A DNA stretch of 64,000 nt from Eledone cirrhosa (GCA_964016885.1 OZ024740.1:70804001-70868000); one strand, 5' to 3'. Positions 14,170-28,268 are shown, numbered from the stretch's first letter. Translations and numbers: made by a program. Notes: generated by a model from the letters alone, not told the origin.

Positions 14170-14765
14170 GTGGCACCAGAAATGACTGTACATGCGTGTG
14201 GGGATACTCACCAGCCGCCGGCTCTCAGAATGTGTTATGAACTGGATCCTATTAGGATGGAGGATTTGCCACTTGAAGCTTAGGCTGAAAGATAGGTCTC
14301 TGTGGGTGATGCAAGTTTATCCACCAAACAAGGAGTCCGAATACAGGTCCTTCCTTGATGAAGTCACTGCAGCGTTAGATGTAGTTAAGACTGAGTCATA
14401 TATCCTGATGGGAGACTTCAATGTACATGTTGGTACTGACTAGCTGACGTGGAAAGGAGTGATTGGAAGGAATGGTGAGCACGATCTAAATACAAATGGA
14501 GAGACCTTATTAGACATCTGTTCTAGCAATGGACTCTCTATTATGAACACATTCTTCTGGCACAGAGACATCCAAATATATACATGGTATAGTGGAACCA
14601 GGGACAGAGATCAATAATCGATTTTGTTATTGTCTCTAATCTCTTCGATTCTGTGCTGGATGTTCGTGTTAAGAGAGGGGCTGAGCTGTCAACTGATCAC
14701 CATCTAGTTATCTGTAACTTGAGACTACCTAGTGCCAAAGAAGCCTACAAAAGTGGCTGGTCCAG
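14170..14765 (+). pseudogene. RTE-clade LINE, apurinic-like endonuclease fragment
   Basis: QVYPP...LMGDFNVHVG...IGRNG...NTFF...VRVKRGAELSTDHHLV with stops and frameshifts. Confidence 0.88.
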
Positions 14766-14791
14766 GGAGGAGGAGGAGGAGGATGGGGGGG

Positions 14792-14951
14792 AGAAGAAGA
14801 AGAAGAAGAAGAAGAAGAAGAAGAAGAAGAAGAAGAAGAAGAAGAAGAAGAAGAAGAAGAAGAAGAAGAAGAAGAAGAAGAAGAAGAAGAAGAAGAAGAA
14901 GAAGAAGAAGAAGAAGAAGAAGAAGAAGAAGAAGAAGAAGAAGAAGAAGAA
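14792..14951. repeat. (AAG)n microsatellite
   Basis: Direct inspection. Confidence 0.97.
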
Positions 14952-15558
14952 TGTTCTAAACATCATGTTACTAATGAAAAACTTCATTTTATTAAACTGC
15001 TCTAAATTTTTGAAATTATTTCAAAATTAATTGAAACGTAGAAATACGGTGGTGAAAGGGTTATCATAGATATTGTCAACGTCACTGTTTGATGTGGGAA
15101 AGTTATCAACGATGGTTAATACCTTCCAAGTTGTAAATCTCTTTAAGAATCCAGTCTAGTATGCTAAATGTTGGTACTAACATTAATACTCTCTAAAATG
15201 GTCGGTTAACATATAAATACTAACACTAGTACTGCAAAAGCATTAGAGTATATGATCTTACTGAACTTAGACTGCACCATAGGCTTCGAAGTCTACAAGA
15301 GTATTCTTTTGTTACTGTGGGTGCACTGGGCGACATAACAAAAAGTTGCATAAAGGCCTTAAAATCCTAGCGTTGTCCCCCAAAAAGGGGGTGTTATTCG
15401 CATCCTCCAAACCCAATCAATTAAAGATACAGTGAAGATTTGTAAAACATTCCAACGATAATACATAATAGATTTCTGGGATTAACATATATATATAATC
15501 ACACATATTTATATGATATAAGCTCAGATATATAGAGTAATAACACGCGGGCACACAT

Positions 15559-15649
<91 letters not shown>

Positions 15650-15872
15650 CACATACTCACACACACATACAGACATACAGACACACACACACTTATGTAC
15701 TAAAGAGACATAACATAAGAGTAGGTATATCCACATGAACTCACCTATATATTCACAAACATCTGGCAGTCTTGACTCAAACAAAAAACCCTTGTCACTT
15801 CGTTAGTGACCGGCTTAAACTCTAAGAATAAATCTCCAAGAAAAACATACATACATACATATATATACATAC

Positions 15873-15905
<33 letters not shown>

Positions 15906-15997
15906 CATACAAACATACATATATACATACAAACATACATACATATATACATACAAACATACAAACATACATACATACATACAAACATACATATATA

Positions 15998-16410
15998 CAT
16001 GGTGGCTGCCAACTCGTTTTCGAGTACGGCCACTACTTTATATCCATGTAGGAGAACTCCTACCGATGCGCTGAAGAAGTGTGACTTTTTAGTCCAGCCA
16101 GCGACTTGAAAACTCTGGTACAATCACTACACTTGTGACAATTATTGACACATAGTGCTGGACCCATGGTACCATGTGACGACAAGTGCAGAGAGATCTC
16201 CAGATATAAAGCAATGCCTGTGCCGTGAAGCTTTTATAGTGAGCAAAGGCACTGCACAAAGCCAGTCCCACTCTCTTAACCAAGATGATATTTACCAAAA
16301 AGAAGAACAAGTCAATATCATTGGATACCATCAGGGTTGCAGGTGTTATATCAGAGTTTTCCTTCTCCTAGAATTCTGCCTTGACAAAGGGTAAGGGATT
16401 CATCTCTCCC
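15998..16410 (-). mobile_element. Non-autonomous RTE-derived element, 5'-truncated copy
   Basis: Near-identical to the reverse complement of about 30720-31128; abuts (CATA)n. Confidence 0.85.
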
Positions 16411-16434
16411 GTATGTATGTATCATCATACATAC

Positions 16435-17295
16435 ATTGACCAATTTACAGAAAAAGTTGTGCATGGATACTTGAGATGTAAAACACAGACCATAGAGGGG
16501 ATAAACCACTCAAAAGGCCTGGCATGGAGTTCCGACAAGTTTATGACATCACACCTTGAGGGATATCTCTATGCAATACAGGAACATGAACTCCCTACCA
16601 AATATCTGCTGCACAAAAGAGGAGGGCCATCAGCTGACAATAAATGTAGGCTATGTAAAACAAAAATCGAGGTGTAAGCCACATTGTTGCCAGCTGCGAA
16701 AGAATGTCATCTCGCTACTACCTCCCCATGAGACACGATGGGATAGCTAGAACCATCTGGAACGCACTTCGGAAAACAAAATTAACAACAAACGAGGAAG
16801 AATATATTGAGACAGATGGCACTAAGGAATACTGGTGGAACCTGAAAATAAAAACTGCCACCAAATTAATGCACAACCGGCCTGATATTGTTGTTTGGGA
16901 CCACACATTGAAAACGTGTTCTGTTGTGGAGATCAGCTGCCCACTTGATGTAAACGTTGTCAGAAAAATACAAGAGAAGGAGGACATCTACGGACCATTG
17001 ATGAGGAGTTTACAAATCCAGTATCCAAGATACACCTTTAGCTTCATACCCATCATTATTGGAGCAACGGGTTATATACCAACTAGCTTGGACCAAAGTA
17101 TGACTGAACTTGGATTTGCGGACAAAAAGCGCAGCTCCCTAATTCATAGTCTACAAATGGCTACGATAGCTGGCACCTTCAAATTTGCAAAACATTCTAA
17201 CGATTCAAGGGATGACAATTTCTTTTCTTTTACAACCTTGCCACCAGGAAGGTGGCCGGTCAAAAAATATACTCGAAATTAAGAGAAAGAGATAA
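16435..17295 (+). pseudogene. R4/Dong-type non-LTR retrotransposon 3' part (CCHC knuckle plus restriction-like endonuclease)
   Basis: AIQEH...CRLC...E...HIVASC...RHD...WWN...NRPDIVVWD...VEISCP; 3' UTR runs into (CATA)n. Confidence 0.88.
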
Positions 17296-17702
17296 CATAC
17301 ATACCATACATACAAACATACATACATACATACATACATACATACATACATACATACATACATACATACAAACATACATACACACATACATACATACATA
17401 CATACATATACAAACATATATACATATATACATAAATACATATACATAAAAACTTATATACATGCATACTTAGATCCATACGTAAATAGGTTTTTTATGA
17501 GGGGGCTGGACGTGGGGACAATTAATTCCTTCTTATTTTTTCTCTAGACTGGTTTTAGTTTGTTTTAACTAGTGTATATATTGCAAGTCCAACACTCTAA
17601 CCACTAAGCCTTCACACACACATCATACACCACATACACATCACACACACATCACATACATTATGTAGCCACACACATCAATATATATATATATATATAT
17701 AT

Positions 17703-17771
<69 letters not shown>

Positions 17772-17871
17772 ATTATTGTTTATTTCGATAGGTAGAGTAT
17801 AAAGGTGTTTCCTAAACACGTGGTATCGCTTACACGTGACATACCGTTATATATTTAGCAATTGAAGCTGG

Positions 17872-17914
<43 letters not shown>

Positions 17915-17920
17915 GCGCAT

Positions 17921-17976
<56 letters not shown>

Positions 17977-18026
17977 TACAAGTGATAATGTAAAAAGTCC
18001 TTCAGTACATTTGTTGTGTGAGGTGA

Positions 18027-18070
<44 letters not shown>

Positions 18071-18135
18071 TATATATATAATATATATATATATATATAC
18101 ATCATATATATATATAATATATATATTATATATAT

Positions 18136-18189
<54 letters not shown>

Positions 18190-18243
18190 TATATATATAT
18201 GAATTACTGTTGGCTTCTTGCTCACATTAATTTCTCTATTTTC

Positions 18244-18285
<42 letters not shown>

Positions 18286-18364
18286 AGAGATGAATATATA
18301 GCTAAAAATGTTGCACTAGAACATGAGAAGGTTAATCGCTTAAAGATGGTAACGATAATGTGAA

Positions 18365-19200
18365 TAGTGGTAGTGGTGGTGGTGGTCGTCATACTGGTTT
18401 TGGTGGTAGTGGTGGTGGTGGTAGTGGTGGTGGTGGTAGTGGTAGTGGTGGTAGTGGTGGTAGTGGTGGTGGTGGTGATGGTGGTAGTGGTAGTGGTTGT
18501 GGTGGTAGTGGTAGTGGTGGTGGTGGTGGTAGTGGTGGTGGTGGTGGTGGTGGTGGTGGTGGTGGTGGTGGTGGTGGTGGTGGTGGTGTGGTGGTAGTGG
18601 TAGTGGTGGTAGTGGTGATGGTGGTGGTGGTAGTGGTAGTGGTGGTTGTGGTGGTGGTGGTGGTGGCGGTGGTGGTGGCGGTGATGGTGGTGGTGGTGGT
18701 GGTGGTGGTGGTGGTGGTGGTAGAGGCTGTGGTGGTAGTGTGGGGGGGTAGTGGTGATTGGGGGGGGGTAGTGGTGGTGGTGGTAGTGGTGGTGGTGGTG
18801 GTGGTGGTAGTGGTGGTGGTGGTGGTTGTGGTGGTGGTGGTGGTGGTGGTGGTGGTGGTGATAGAGGTTGTGGTGGTAGTGGTGGTGGTTGGTGTTCTAG
18901 TAGTTTTAATAGTACGTAATGTAGTTGGTTATCGTTGCAATGGCAGTGATGGATGTGTTGGTGTTTGTGGTGATTGTGGTGGTGGTGGTAGTGGTTGTGG
19001 TTGGTGGTGTTGGTGGTGGTGGTGGTGGTGGTGGTGGCGGTGGGAGTAGTTGGGGGAGGAGTGGTGGTGGTGGTTGTGGTGGTAGTGGTGGTGGTGGTAG
19101 TAATGGTGGTGGTGGTTGTGGTGGTAGTGGTGGTAGTGGTGGTGGTGGTGGTGATGGTGGTGGTGGTAGTGGTGAAGGTGGTGGTGGTGAGGAGGTGGTG
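18365..19200. repeat. (GGT)n/(AGT)n imperfect trinucleotide array
   Basis: Direct inspection; source of the poly-G/poly-V ORFs. Confidence 0.95.
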
Positions 19201-19548
19201 ATTGTGTTGGTGTTGGGTTTGTTGAGTTGATAGTTTTTGAAATATTAAAGATAGTGTTGTTGTTGTTGGTGGTGGTGATGATGAGGCTGCTGCTACTGCT
19301 GTTGTTGCTGCTGCTGCTGATGATGATGATGATGTTTTCAGGTCTTACAAGAAGGTTGAGAGGGAATTAGAAAGGGATCTGCAAGCCAAGAATTTTGTCT
19401 TAATGGTTACAACAAAATAGACTCAACTATAGACACCCAAAGACTAGTTGTTGGTTTAAATCTTCCACTCTAATCGACAGCAGGATTTCGCCCAGGGCAC
19501 AAAGGACCAGAACAAGTCGTGTAAAATATCTCATTCAACGTTCCGAGC

Positions 19549-19884
19549 CAGTAATGAGCCAACTGCGACCCAATTGCTTTTCTGAATGGCACGCCTAATT
19601 TCAAAATTACATTGAACATTTTAGTAGTGCGGCCCACCTTATGATCAGCTACATTCTATGCGGCCCACTACTCAAATAATTGTTTCTACTTTTTGGCACA
19701 AGGCCAGCAATTACCCAGTACATTATTGATACTTTATTTTATCGACCCCGTAAGGATGAAAGGCAAAGTTAACCTCGGCGGGATTTGAACTCAGAATGGA
19801 AAGGGCCGTAACTCTATGCGTCAAAGCATGGCGTCCGACCCTCTACCGATACTGCCAATCCACCGCCCTTGTTACCCAAACCTG
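19549..19884. mobile_element. Degenerate hAT MITE related to 21641-21930, interrupted by a SINE
   Basis: Shared GCTTT(T)CTGAATGGC.CGCCTAA, GCGGCCC motifs and GTTACCCA..CCTG end. Confidence 0.55.
19678..19868 (-). mobile_element. SINE family A
   Basis: Full-length match to other copies. Confidence 0.92.
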
Positions 19885-19919
19885 CTCGAAGTATTCTGCC
19901 TGTCCTCCACCTTTGACGT

Positions 19920-20056
19920 GATAAATTATTTTATCAGCTATCAAAGAATAAAAGTCAAAGTTAATCTCGGCGGGATTTAAACTCAGAACTCAGAGCAGAG
20001 TGCCGTAATAAATACCGCAAGACATTTTGTTCTATGCCCTAACGATTCTGCTAATT
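19920..20056 (-). mobile_element. Divergent SINE A-related copy
   Basis: CAAAGTTAATCTCGGCGGGATTTAAACTCAG; head like the 7120-7267 copy. Confidence 0.65.
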
Positions 20057-20215
20057 CACAAAGCTATTGTTGCTGCTAGTGTTGCTATTGATGCTGCTAC
20101 TGTTGAAGTTGATGTAATTGCTGTTGTTTAGTCAAGTATTGTTGTTTAGTCAAGTATTGTTGTTTGGTCATAATTGCGCAAAAATATAATCAAAAGCTGT
20201 TCACAATCGTGACCA

Positions 20216-20283
<68 letters not shown>

Positions 20284-20638
20284 TCTCTCTCTCCCTCTCG
20301 ATGCCAAATGAAACTCGGAAAACATTATTCAATATAGCATTGCTTTTTTTAATAAGGTAAGGTGTGGTGTGAGAGAATTTTGACAGCTATTTCTAGCCCG
20401 GGGAGCAACCACGTAAATTGTTCTTCATTGTCTCTTGGTGATGATGTCATTGGTGATAGTGGAGGTAATTTTGCTAATAGTAAATTTTCTCATGCTGTTC
20501 TGTGTTTGTGATACGGTCACTGTATGTGGTAGAAGATAGACGAACTAACAGAAATTGAGACGACTTAGATAAACACATCCAACAGCAGGGGAGTGGTTTA
20601 CATAGATTCCTCGAGAACACACATATACATATACATAA

Positions 20639-20740
<102 letters not shown>

Positions 20741-20802
20741 ATATATATATATATATACATACATACATTTATGCATAGATACACATATATTATATATATT
20801 TT

Positions 20803-20857
<55 letters not shown>

Positions 20858-20968
20858 ATGTATGTATGTATATAAGTCAATAAACACAATCCATTCATAC
20901 TTTTTATTTTCAATTTATTAAGTTTTATTACGCCTTTTCTTGTCGGTGTATATGTTTGTGTGCTGTGT

Positions 20969-21122
<154 letters not shown>

Positions 21123-21640
21123 CGTTGTTTTGATTTTACTCTGTGTTCTTGTCATGTTTTATACAGATCAGGTTTATATGATAACATACAGCTTCATAAC
21201 AATGTGGTACTTTCTTCATGCTTCATATAGTGCCTTGTTGTAAAATGCCGGCAGCCATTATTGAAACATTGTTTGTTTGTTGTTGTTGTTGTTGTTTTGT
21301 TGTTGTTTTTTCGTTTGGGGTGGAAGGCGTGTTTTGTTTTAATATATTATTTGAAAAGCATCTATTGGTATTGTTTTTCGTTATTGTTTTATATCCGTTG
21401 TCGTTGTTCGTATGGATGTGCAGTCGTCGAATTGGCGAAATAGCCATTAGAACGTAAGACAAAATAGCTTGTGGTATTTGTTGCGCTGAGGTCAATTTTG
21501 ACTTTCATCATTTCGGGATAAAATAAATTAAGTGGTGTGGCAGAATTGATAGAGTCTTAAATGTTGCTTTGTTGAATTTATTCTAGCTTTTTCCATTTTG
21601 AGTTGAAATCCTGTAGATTTAATCGCTACTTGGTTTAAGG

Positions 21641-21930
21641 CAGTTATGGGCAACCTGCGGCACGCGAAGCTTTCTGAATGGCTCGCCTAAGTCACCTAAA
21701 TGAAATCTTTCTGATCTTTTTACCCCAACTTTTCAGTCGTAATTTATCTGTCTATCATTTTTACGATCGAGGAAAACAACGTCTACGAATTCTGAAGAAA
21801 CAAATCAAAACAACCTCAGTTACCGCCCTTTTTTTTATGTGAGCACGAATGTAAATTAGCGCCTGCGGCCCGCCTGGTGATGAGCCATATCTCATGTGGC
21901 CCGCTTCTCGAAGAAGGTTACCCATGCCTG
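21641..21930. mobile_element. hAT MITE
   Basis: TIRs CAGTTATGGGCAACCT / AGGTTACCCATGCCTG; TSD GTTTAAGG / GTTTAAGA (7 of 8, central TA). Confidence 0.85.
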
Positions 21931-23189
21931 GTTTAAGAATAACTTCCTACGCCCTTACTAGCAGTTCGTGAAAAGTATCATTGACACTGGCATTGATTCT
22001 CTAATTAAAAATTACGAAAACGTGTGTGAAGGGTCGTGCTCAGGCGGTGTCATGTTGAGGGAAAAGGAGTAGCATAAGTAAATCGAATGCTGGTTATTCT
22101 AGTGATAGAATCGAAAAAAGTTTATACCATTTTTAATTTATTACATCAACCCAAACTATTATTTATTATTCATGTACTAAGACAATGAGTCTAGTATTGT
22201 ACGGAACTGTGAAACTAAAAAAAAAGAAGGGGAAACACCTCTATTCTGTCCACCTGGGCCCCCATTTGCTCATAATAGTGAGAGGTGTGGAGAGCGAGAG
22301 AGACGGAGGCAGTGACAGTGGGGAATTTGGTCTCATTGTGTTTGGACCTGGTGTATATGTATATATTTATTTACCACATCGTATTAATATTTCACATACA
22401 CTTCAGAAACCAATAGTTGATATGGTCAGCAATGCTTATCTTTCCTTTCAGTAATATACAACACTGTCTATATACGTGTTTGTATTTGTTTTCTCCTTCC
22501 TAGTGTTTGGCGAATACAGTAAAGATGAACGTGATAAACACGCAGAGTGCCGAGCTTCCCTGCCTGCCTGTCTACTGAGCACGACACTTCACCAACAACC
22601 AGTCATCTCACACATACTAACACCACACTCTAAGCTTTTGATCGTTTATTTAATTTCATATTATCTTTTCTTGTAAATGTTAGTGTTCACAGTGAATTTA
22701 TCACTAAACTATTTATATTCGTCTATTAAATTGTTTTTGCCAACATCTATAAAGCTTGTGTGACTCACTAGGGAACCACTACAATCCAACAACATGGTCA
22801 ATGCTTCGTATCCGTTAAAAGCAATGAGTAGAAATCAGTTTCGATTACATGTCGACGTTGTTGTTGATTTTGTTTAACCACTGGTAAGACCTAAACAAGC
22901 AAATCTTTTGTTGGTGGTGTTTAACTATGTCTGGCAGTGAGTCGTTTCAACGTATCGTATGTGTTCCTATTCTTTTCACACTTGCCAGGGTTGCCTTTGT
23001 CTTTCATCTTTCGGGGTCGATAAATAAAGTACCAGTCCCTGATCGTTGTATTACTAGAACTGTTAAAGTGTCAGATTGGATACTTTATTGTATCTGCTCC
23101 AGCGTTCTGAGTTGAAATCCAGCTTCCTGTCACCGGAAAACCGCTATTACTCTGCCAATAGTTGCAACCGACAAATAAAATCAGCAATC

Positions 23190-24005
23190 TTCTTCTCTTC
23201 TTCTTCTTTGCCCACTTATTCCTGTAGAGGCGTGGGGGCAGAGTCCTCAAATACTCCTTCCAACGGGTCCTGTCAGAAGCAACTGTCTCCAACTGATCCG
23301 GCTGGATCTCCAAGCATGACCAGCCAAGCTCATGGATATTATTCAACCATCTTGCTCGGGGTATATCCTTGAGTCTCCTGTCGGTTGGTTTTACACGTAA
23401 AATCTGTCCAATGATTCTATTCTGAGACATTCTAACCACATGTCCATAGTATCAGAGCTGTGATCTCCCGATTCGGAGACGTAGTGGCTCCACCTGGAGT
23501 GACTCTCTGATCTCCGAGCTACGCACTCTATCGAGTAACGTTACTCCGAAGACTATTCGAAGGAACCCCATTTCGGCCGCTTGTATTCGAGATTATATTC
23601 TTTCGGTCATTACCCAAGATTCATGACCATCGCGAATAGCGAATTGAAGATAGCGAGTTCGGCTTTTACGCCTACCTCCCTTCTTCTGATGACCGAATGT
23701 TGAAGCTGGCGCATTACTGCACTATCGCCTGCAATTCTTGCACTTAATTCAGCCTCCTGCCTTCTCACTCGTGAACACGGCCCCGAGATACTTGAACTTC
23801 TCTACCTGCTTCAATGAAAATCGATTTACATATAGAGTGCACTTCGCAGGCCTCCTTGAGAAGACGAGTGTCTCAGTTTTCACAGCACTGATTTCAGCAA
23901 TGCAGCACTTGGTATCAAACCTATCAAGTGCAAGTCAGAGATCACTTTCTGTCGAGTTAAGTAACGCCATGTCTGCAAATTCTAGTCGACTTATTTTACA
24001 CCCAC
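23190..24005 (-). pseudogene. RTE-clade LINE 3' end (Expander/Rex3-like RT C-terminus)
   Basis: PRARWLNNIHELGWSCLEI...VASDRTRWKEYLRTLPPR followed by a GAA-type tail; upstream FKYLG and EMGFLRIV motifs. Confidence 0.85.
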
Positions 24006-24744
24006 CAGTCATTTTCTAATTTCTATCACTAATTTACACATCAACCCATTTGTTATTATTATCTTCGACTGATGGCTATGTTATATCTGGTAAATATGCA
24101 ACCACAATATATATATATATATCTACTATATAAATTGGAAGTGGTCGGACGTTGTATATGTAGGTGTAGTCGGATAAACGCCGAAGCGGCTTGGTGGAAT
24201 GCAGCAAAAATTTACACAGTTATGCAGAATGACCCAATGAGGCGTTGGGTCGACTTTCAAGCTACAAGCTCCCATGGTTACGGAGAAAATCGATGAAACA
24301 GGAATTTCCCATTCGAATTGAACTGAGAGTAATCTGTGAACGCAGAAGTAAATATTTCGAGAAACGTTGCAGCCGAAGGAAAACAGGAAGACGATATTTT
24401 GGATCGTGAAGACGTTCCCTGGCAATGAATGGAAAAAAGCGAGGATAATACGTCGTTATGTGGATCGTGAAGAACAATTTCATACAAAGACAAGACCAAG
24501 TTTATGGTATAAATGGAGTCGTTAGACTAATATTCTATTTAAAATAACAGAATGATTTCCAGCCCCGGAGTTTAAGAATGATGTAAATAAAATTGAAAAC
24601 GAAAATGACAGAGGTTATTAAAATAGTAAAAGTAAATAGTGAAGATTTAGGCCAGTACATACGTATGCCCCGACGGACATACACATACATACGCACACAC
24701 AAATACATACACACACCCACACACACACACGCGCACGCGCTCGC

Positions 24745-25203
24745 GTGTATGTATAAACGTTATGCATTTCTACAGTATTTTCACCAAACTTAAGACATAG
24801 GTTACTTATGTACTCCGGATGGTCATGGGCACTTTCATTTTTCCAGATATTGATTATAGGGCACCCCGGCAGATAACCCCCTTTAACCACTTCATTGGAG
24901 TCGACTGAAGCACTGCAGTGCAATGCAACAAAACGTCATAGCTTCTGGAGTTCGCAACCGATTTTCACAAAACTTGACACATGGGCTACGCTTGTCCTAC
25001 ATATGAATGTGAACTCTCAGAATTGGCACATATTGAGTAAGGGAACCCTCTTTTGGAACCCCCTTTTGGAAAAGGAACCCCCTTTTGGAAAAAGCCGATG
25101 ATTTTGTAAAAGTATAGTATTCGAAGCAGCACTGAACTATTGACATAAATGGTATACACAACTGCTATTTAATACCCGAGCAACGCCGGGTACCTCTGCT
25201 AGT
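24745..25203 (+). mobile_element. Non-autonomous Helitron-type element (5' boundary uncertain)
   Basis: 3' hairpin CCCGAGCAACGCCGGG followed by CTAG|T; internal TTTTCAC(C/A)AAACTT repeats. Confidence 0.65.
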
Positions 25204-25287
25204 ATATATATATATCATCAAGTATGAAATTTGTAGTGAGACATATGGTCATATGTTTTTTTCTACTAATTTCATACTTGACGACCT

Positions 25288-25341
<54 letters not shown>

Positions 25342-26426
25342 CGCGCGCATGCATGTGTGTGTATATATATATAAAAGCTGTGTGTGTGTGTGTGTTATGT
25401 ATCATGTTGAATTTTGTTGAGAGAAAGTTCTGCAATATGTTCCCGCTTACTTTATATATGAAGTGAGCACACTTAGAAAGCAATAGCAATGTCTCAATGT
25501 TTTGTATACCTGTAATAATAACTAATGTTACAGGAACGTCGATTGGGAGAATACTTGAAGACACATGAAATATGAGCTATCAAACAAATTTCATACTAGA
25601 ACTATATATATGTTTATAAGGAGGAAACCTCAAGCCTATGGCCCTTTTCAGGGCCGCGGAAGGTACTCTCAGACCGGAAGCATGATCTGAATGTTTGCAA
25701 CACAGAGGACTATATTAAAGGTATTCAAGGACCAAGTTATGGTGTTAATCCAGGCAATAGATTAACTCTACCACGCAAGTAGGCCACGGCAGAATTTAAA
25801 CTCAGAAGAAATACACCAAGTTATCTCATCCAATGCTCTAACAATTTCCCAAATCCACTTCTCGTGGGTAGCACTTTTTTTTATCGAGCCCAAAAGATGA
25901 ATTTGAACTCAGAGCGCAGTGAGCCGAAACAAATACTATAAAGCATTTTCAACCACCACAAAATATTGATGTTTTGTAATATCACGAGGCATTTTAGAAT
26001 ATCGTGAATCATTTTGGAATACCGCGAGGTATTTTATCCACAATATCTAAATTGTGACGAAAATTAAGAGTAGTAAGGGTAATTTTCAATACATTCGTGT
26101 TAGAGGATAACACAGAGAAATGGTGATACATGTAAAACAAGTAAAGAAGATAATCTTGAGATAACTATTTAGAGAATTTGAAAATAATGTCAAGTTTACA
26201 CCCTACCCGGTGTTGAAACATATCCCCTGTATGGAGCGACAGCAAGTAGTAAAGATAAATCTATTCGTAGTTTATGTTTTAATGTACTTAACCTACAGAT
26301 ACACTTGCATTGTTTCTTCTTTTTTTTCCAGCCGATAGAAGCTGGTTTCAATGGCGTATTATACTTAGAAATCTCATTGGCTGTTAAATATTTTAACATA
26401 AATACTTCAAGTATAAACATTATCAT

Positions 26427-26610
26427 GGTGGATTGGCAGTATCGGTAGAGGGTCGGACGCCATGCTTTCCAGCATAGTTACGTCCCTTTACAATCTCAGT
26501 TCAAATCCCGCCGAGGTTGACTTTGCCTTTCATACTTACGGGGTCGATAAAATAAAGTACCAGTAATGCACTGGGTAATTGCTAGCCTTGTGCCTAAAGT
26601 AGAAACAATT
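26427..26610 (+). mobile_element. SINE family A
   Basis: Full-length match. Confidence 0.92.
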
Positions 26611-27357
26611 ATCATGAAAAGAAAGCAATTACAGTTATTAGAATTGTAACCTAAGGGAAAATCCACACTATTTCTTCTTGTTTTAGTCAATTGAAGCTGA
26701 TTTCAATACTCAGATATCTCAGATATCTCACTGACTGTTAAATATTTTAACATAAATACCTCAACCATAAACGTTATATGAACTTTGCAATTAAGGTTAT
26801 TAGAATTGAAAATAAAAGAGAATAACACTGATATACGATACTATATTTATACATCTAAGTAAACTTAGCAAGACATTCCGAAATAAAGTCACCAAAACAC
26901 TTAAACACATAAGGAAAAAACCTCACTGATTTTTAGTAACTCCAACAGTGAAACAATAAATAAAATTACCTTGAAATGTCTTTTTAAAAAGATTTAACAA
27001 AGAGTCTCTTTATTTTGTAAAATAAAAAGAATAAATAAAAAAACAAAATGGTGTTTCTCTAAAGAAACGTACAAGCTGTAAGCTGGACTATAAAAATAAA
27101 AGAGCTATAATAATTATAGGTTACACGAGTCATATGTAAAATGAAATAGAATGTAGTATTACGTAAACTTGAAATATTTATGCAAAGGAAATCTAAACAA
27201 AGACACCGAAATAGTTTCATTAATGTCTCATGTGTTTATACTTGTATGTATATATGAGAGATTCTGAAGAAAATGTATTTATGTTAGTCTGAAAAACTAT
27301 ACACATATAACAACATTAAAACAGTGTCATTAACACATAATACTACTACTAACAATA

Positions 27358-27546
27358 AATGTTTCTACTTTTGGCACAAGGCCAGCAATTATCACAGTTC
27401 ATTACTGGTGCTTTATTTTATCGACCCCGTAAGGATGTAAGGTAAAATTAACCTCGGCGGGATTTGAACTCAGGCCGTAAAGGGACGTAACTCTATGCTT
27501 CAAAGTATGGTGTCAGACTCTCTACCGATACTGCCAATCCACCACC
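27358..27546 (-). mobile_element. SINE family A
   Basis: Full-length match. Confidence 0.9.
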
Positions 27547-28090
27547 ATTCACTACTACTAACAATAATAATGGTTTCTTATTCAGGCACAAGGCCAGCAA
27601 TTTAAAATGAAAGGAAAGTCGATAAAATCATTTCCAGTAATTTAATGGTTTTTCATATTACTGCATCCGGAAATATGAAATGTTATCCTCAGCGGGATTT
27701 GAAATCAGAGTTCAGAGAACTGGAACAAATACCGCGAAGCAATTTGTCTGACGCGCTAATGACTGACAATTCACCACATTTTTACGGTAGATACATCGAT
27801 AAAAGAAATCATGTTTTTAAACATGGCACCAACCCATTATGTCGTGTACAGTAGCAAAGACCGAAGACAATATATCATATTATCTCTGTATGTGGCCTAT
27901 TGGCACCGACTGTGTACTTGCAATGACATGATAGAACAGCTCAGTACATACGTTGGGTGATATGCTGCAGATTCAACATCTCTCATAAAGAGAACCACAA
28001 GCCACCACAAAATACTGGAGTCTAAATCTTCTGGAATGTCAATATTCAAACAGACAGTGAAATCCAAACCAACTGGCCAGATATTATCGT

Positions 28091-28268
28091 TTGGCAGTCT
28101 CGGTAGAGGGTTGGACGCCATGTTTTCTAGCATAGTTACGTCCCTTTACAGTCTGAGTTCAAATCCCGCCGAGGTTAACTTTGCCTTTCATCCTTATGGG
28201 GTCGATAAAATAAAGTACCAGTAATGTACTGGGTAATTGCTGGCCTTGTGCCTAAAGTAGAAACAATT
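28091..28268 (+). mobile_element. SINE family A
   Basis: Full-length match. Confidence 0.92.

Noticed and set aside
14653-15030. ORF with poly-Lys tract
   Set aside because: RTE endonuclease remnant running into an (AAG)n microsatellite
16089-16394. Recurrent 79-80 aa ORFs (MVSND..., MLDPW...) in four places as a small gene family
   Set aside because: They are incidental frames of the multicopy RTE-derived element; the only meaningful frame is a terminal zinc-finger remnant
18360-19230. Gly-rich or Val-rich ORFs (also the Gly/Ser-rich ORFs at 41602-42376)
   Set aside because: Pure trinucleotide arrays with shifting phase, no codon variety and no splice context; not credible structural-protein exons
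22198-22783. Possible solo LTR (TGT...ACA with ATTAAA) or host exon
   Set aside because: No TSD, no second copy in the window and no recognisable protein motif; unsupported
24130-24515. Possible additional LINE RT fragment
   Set aside because: Only a vague resemblance (KLEVV...); too degraded to call
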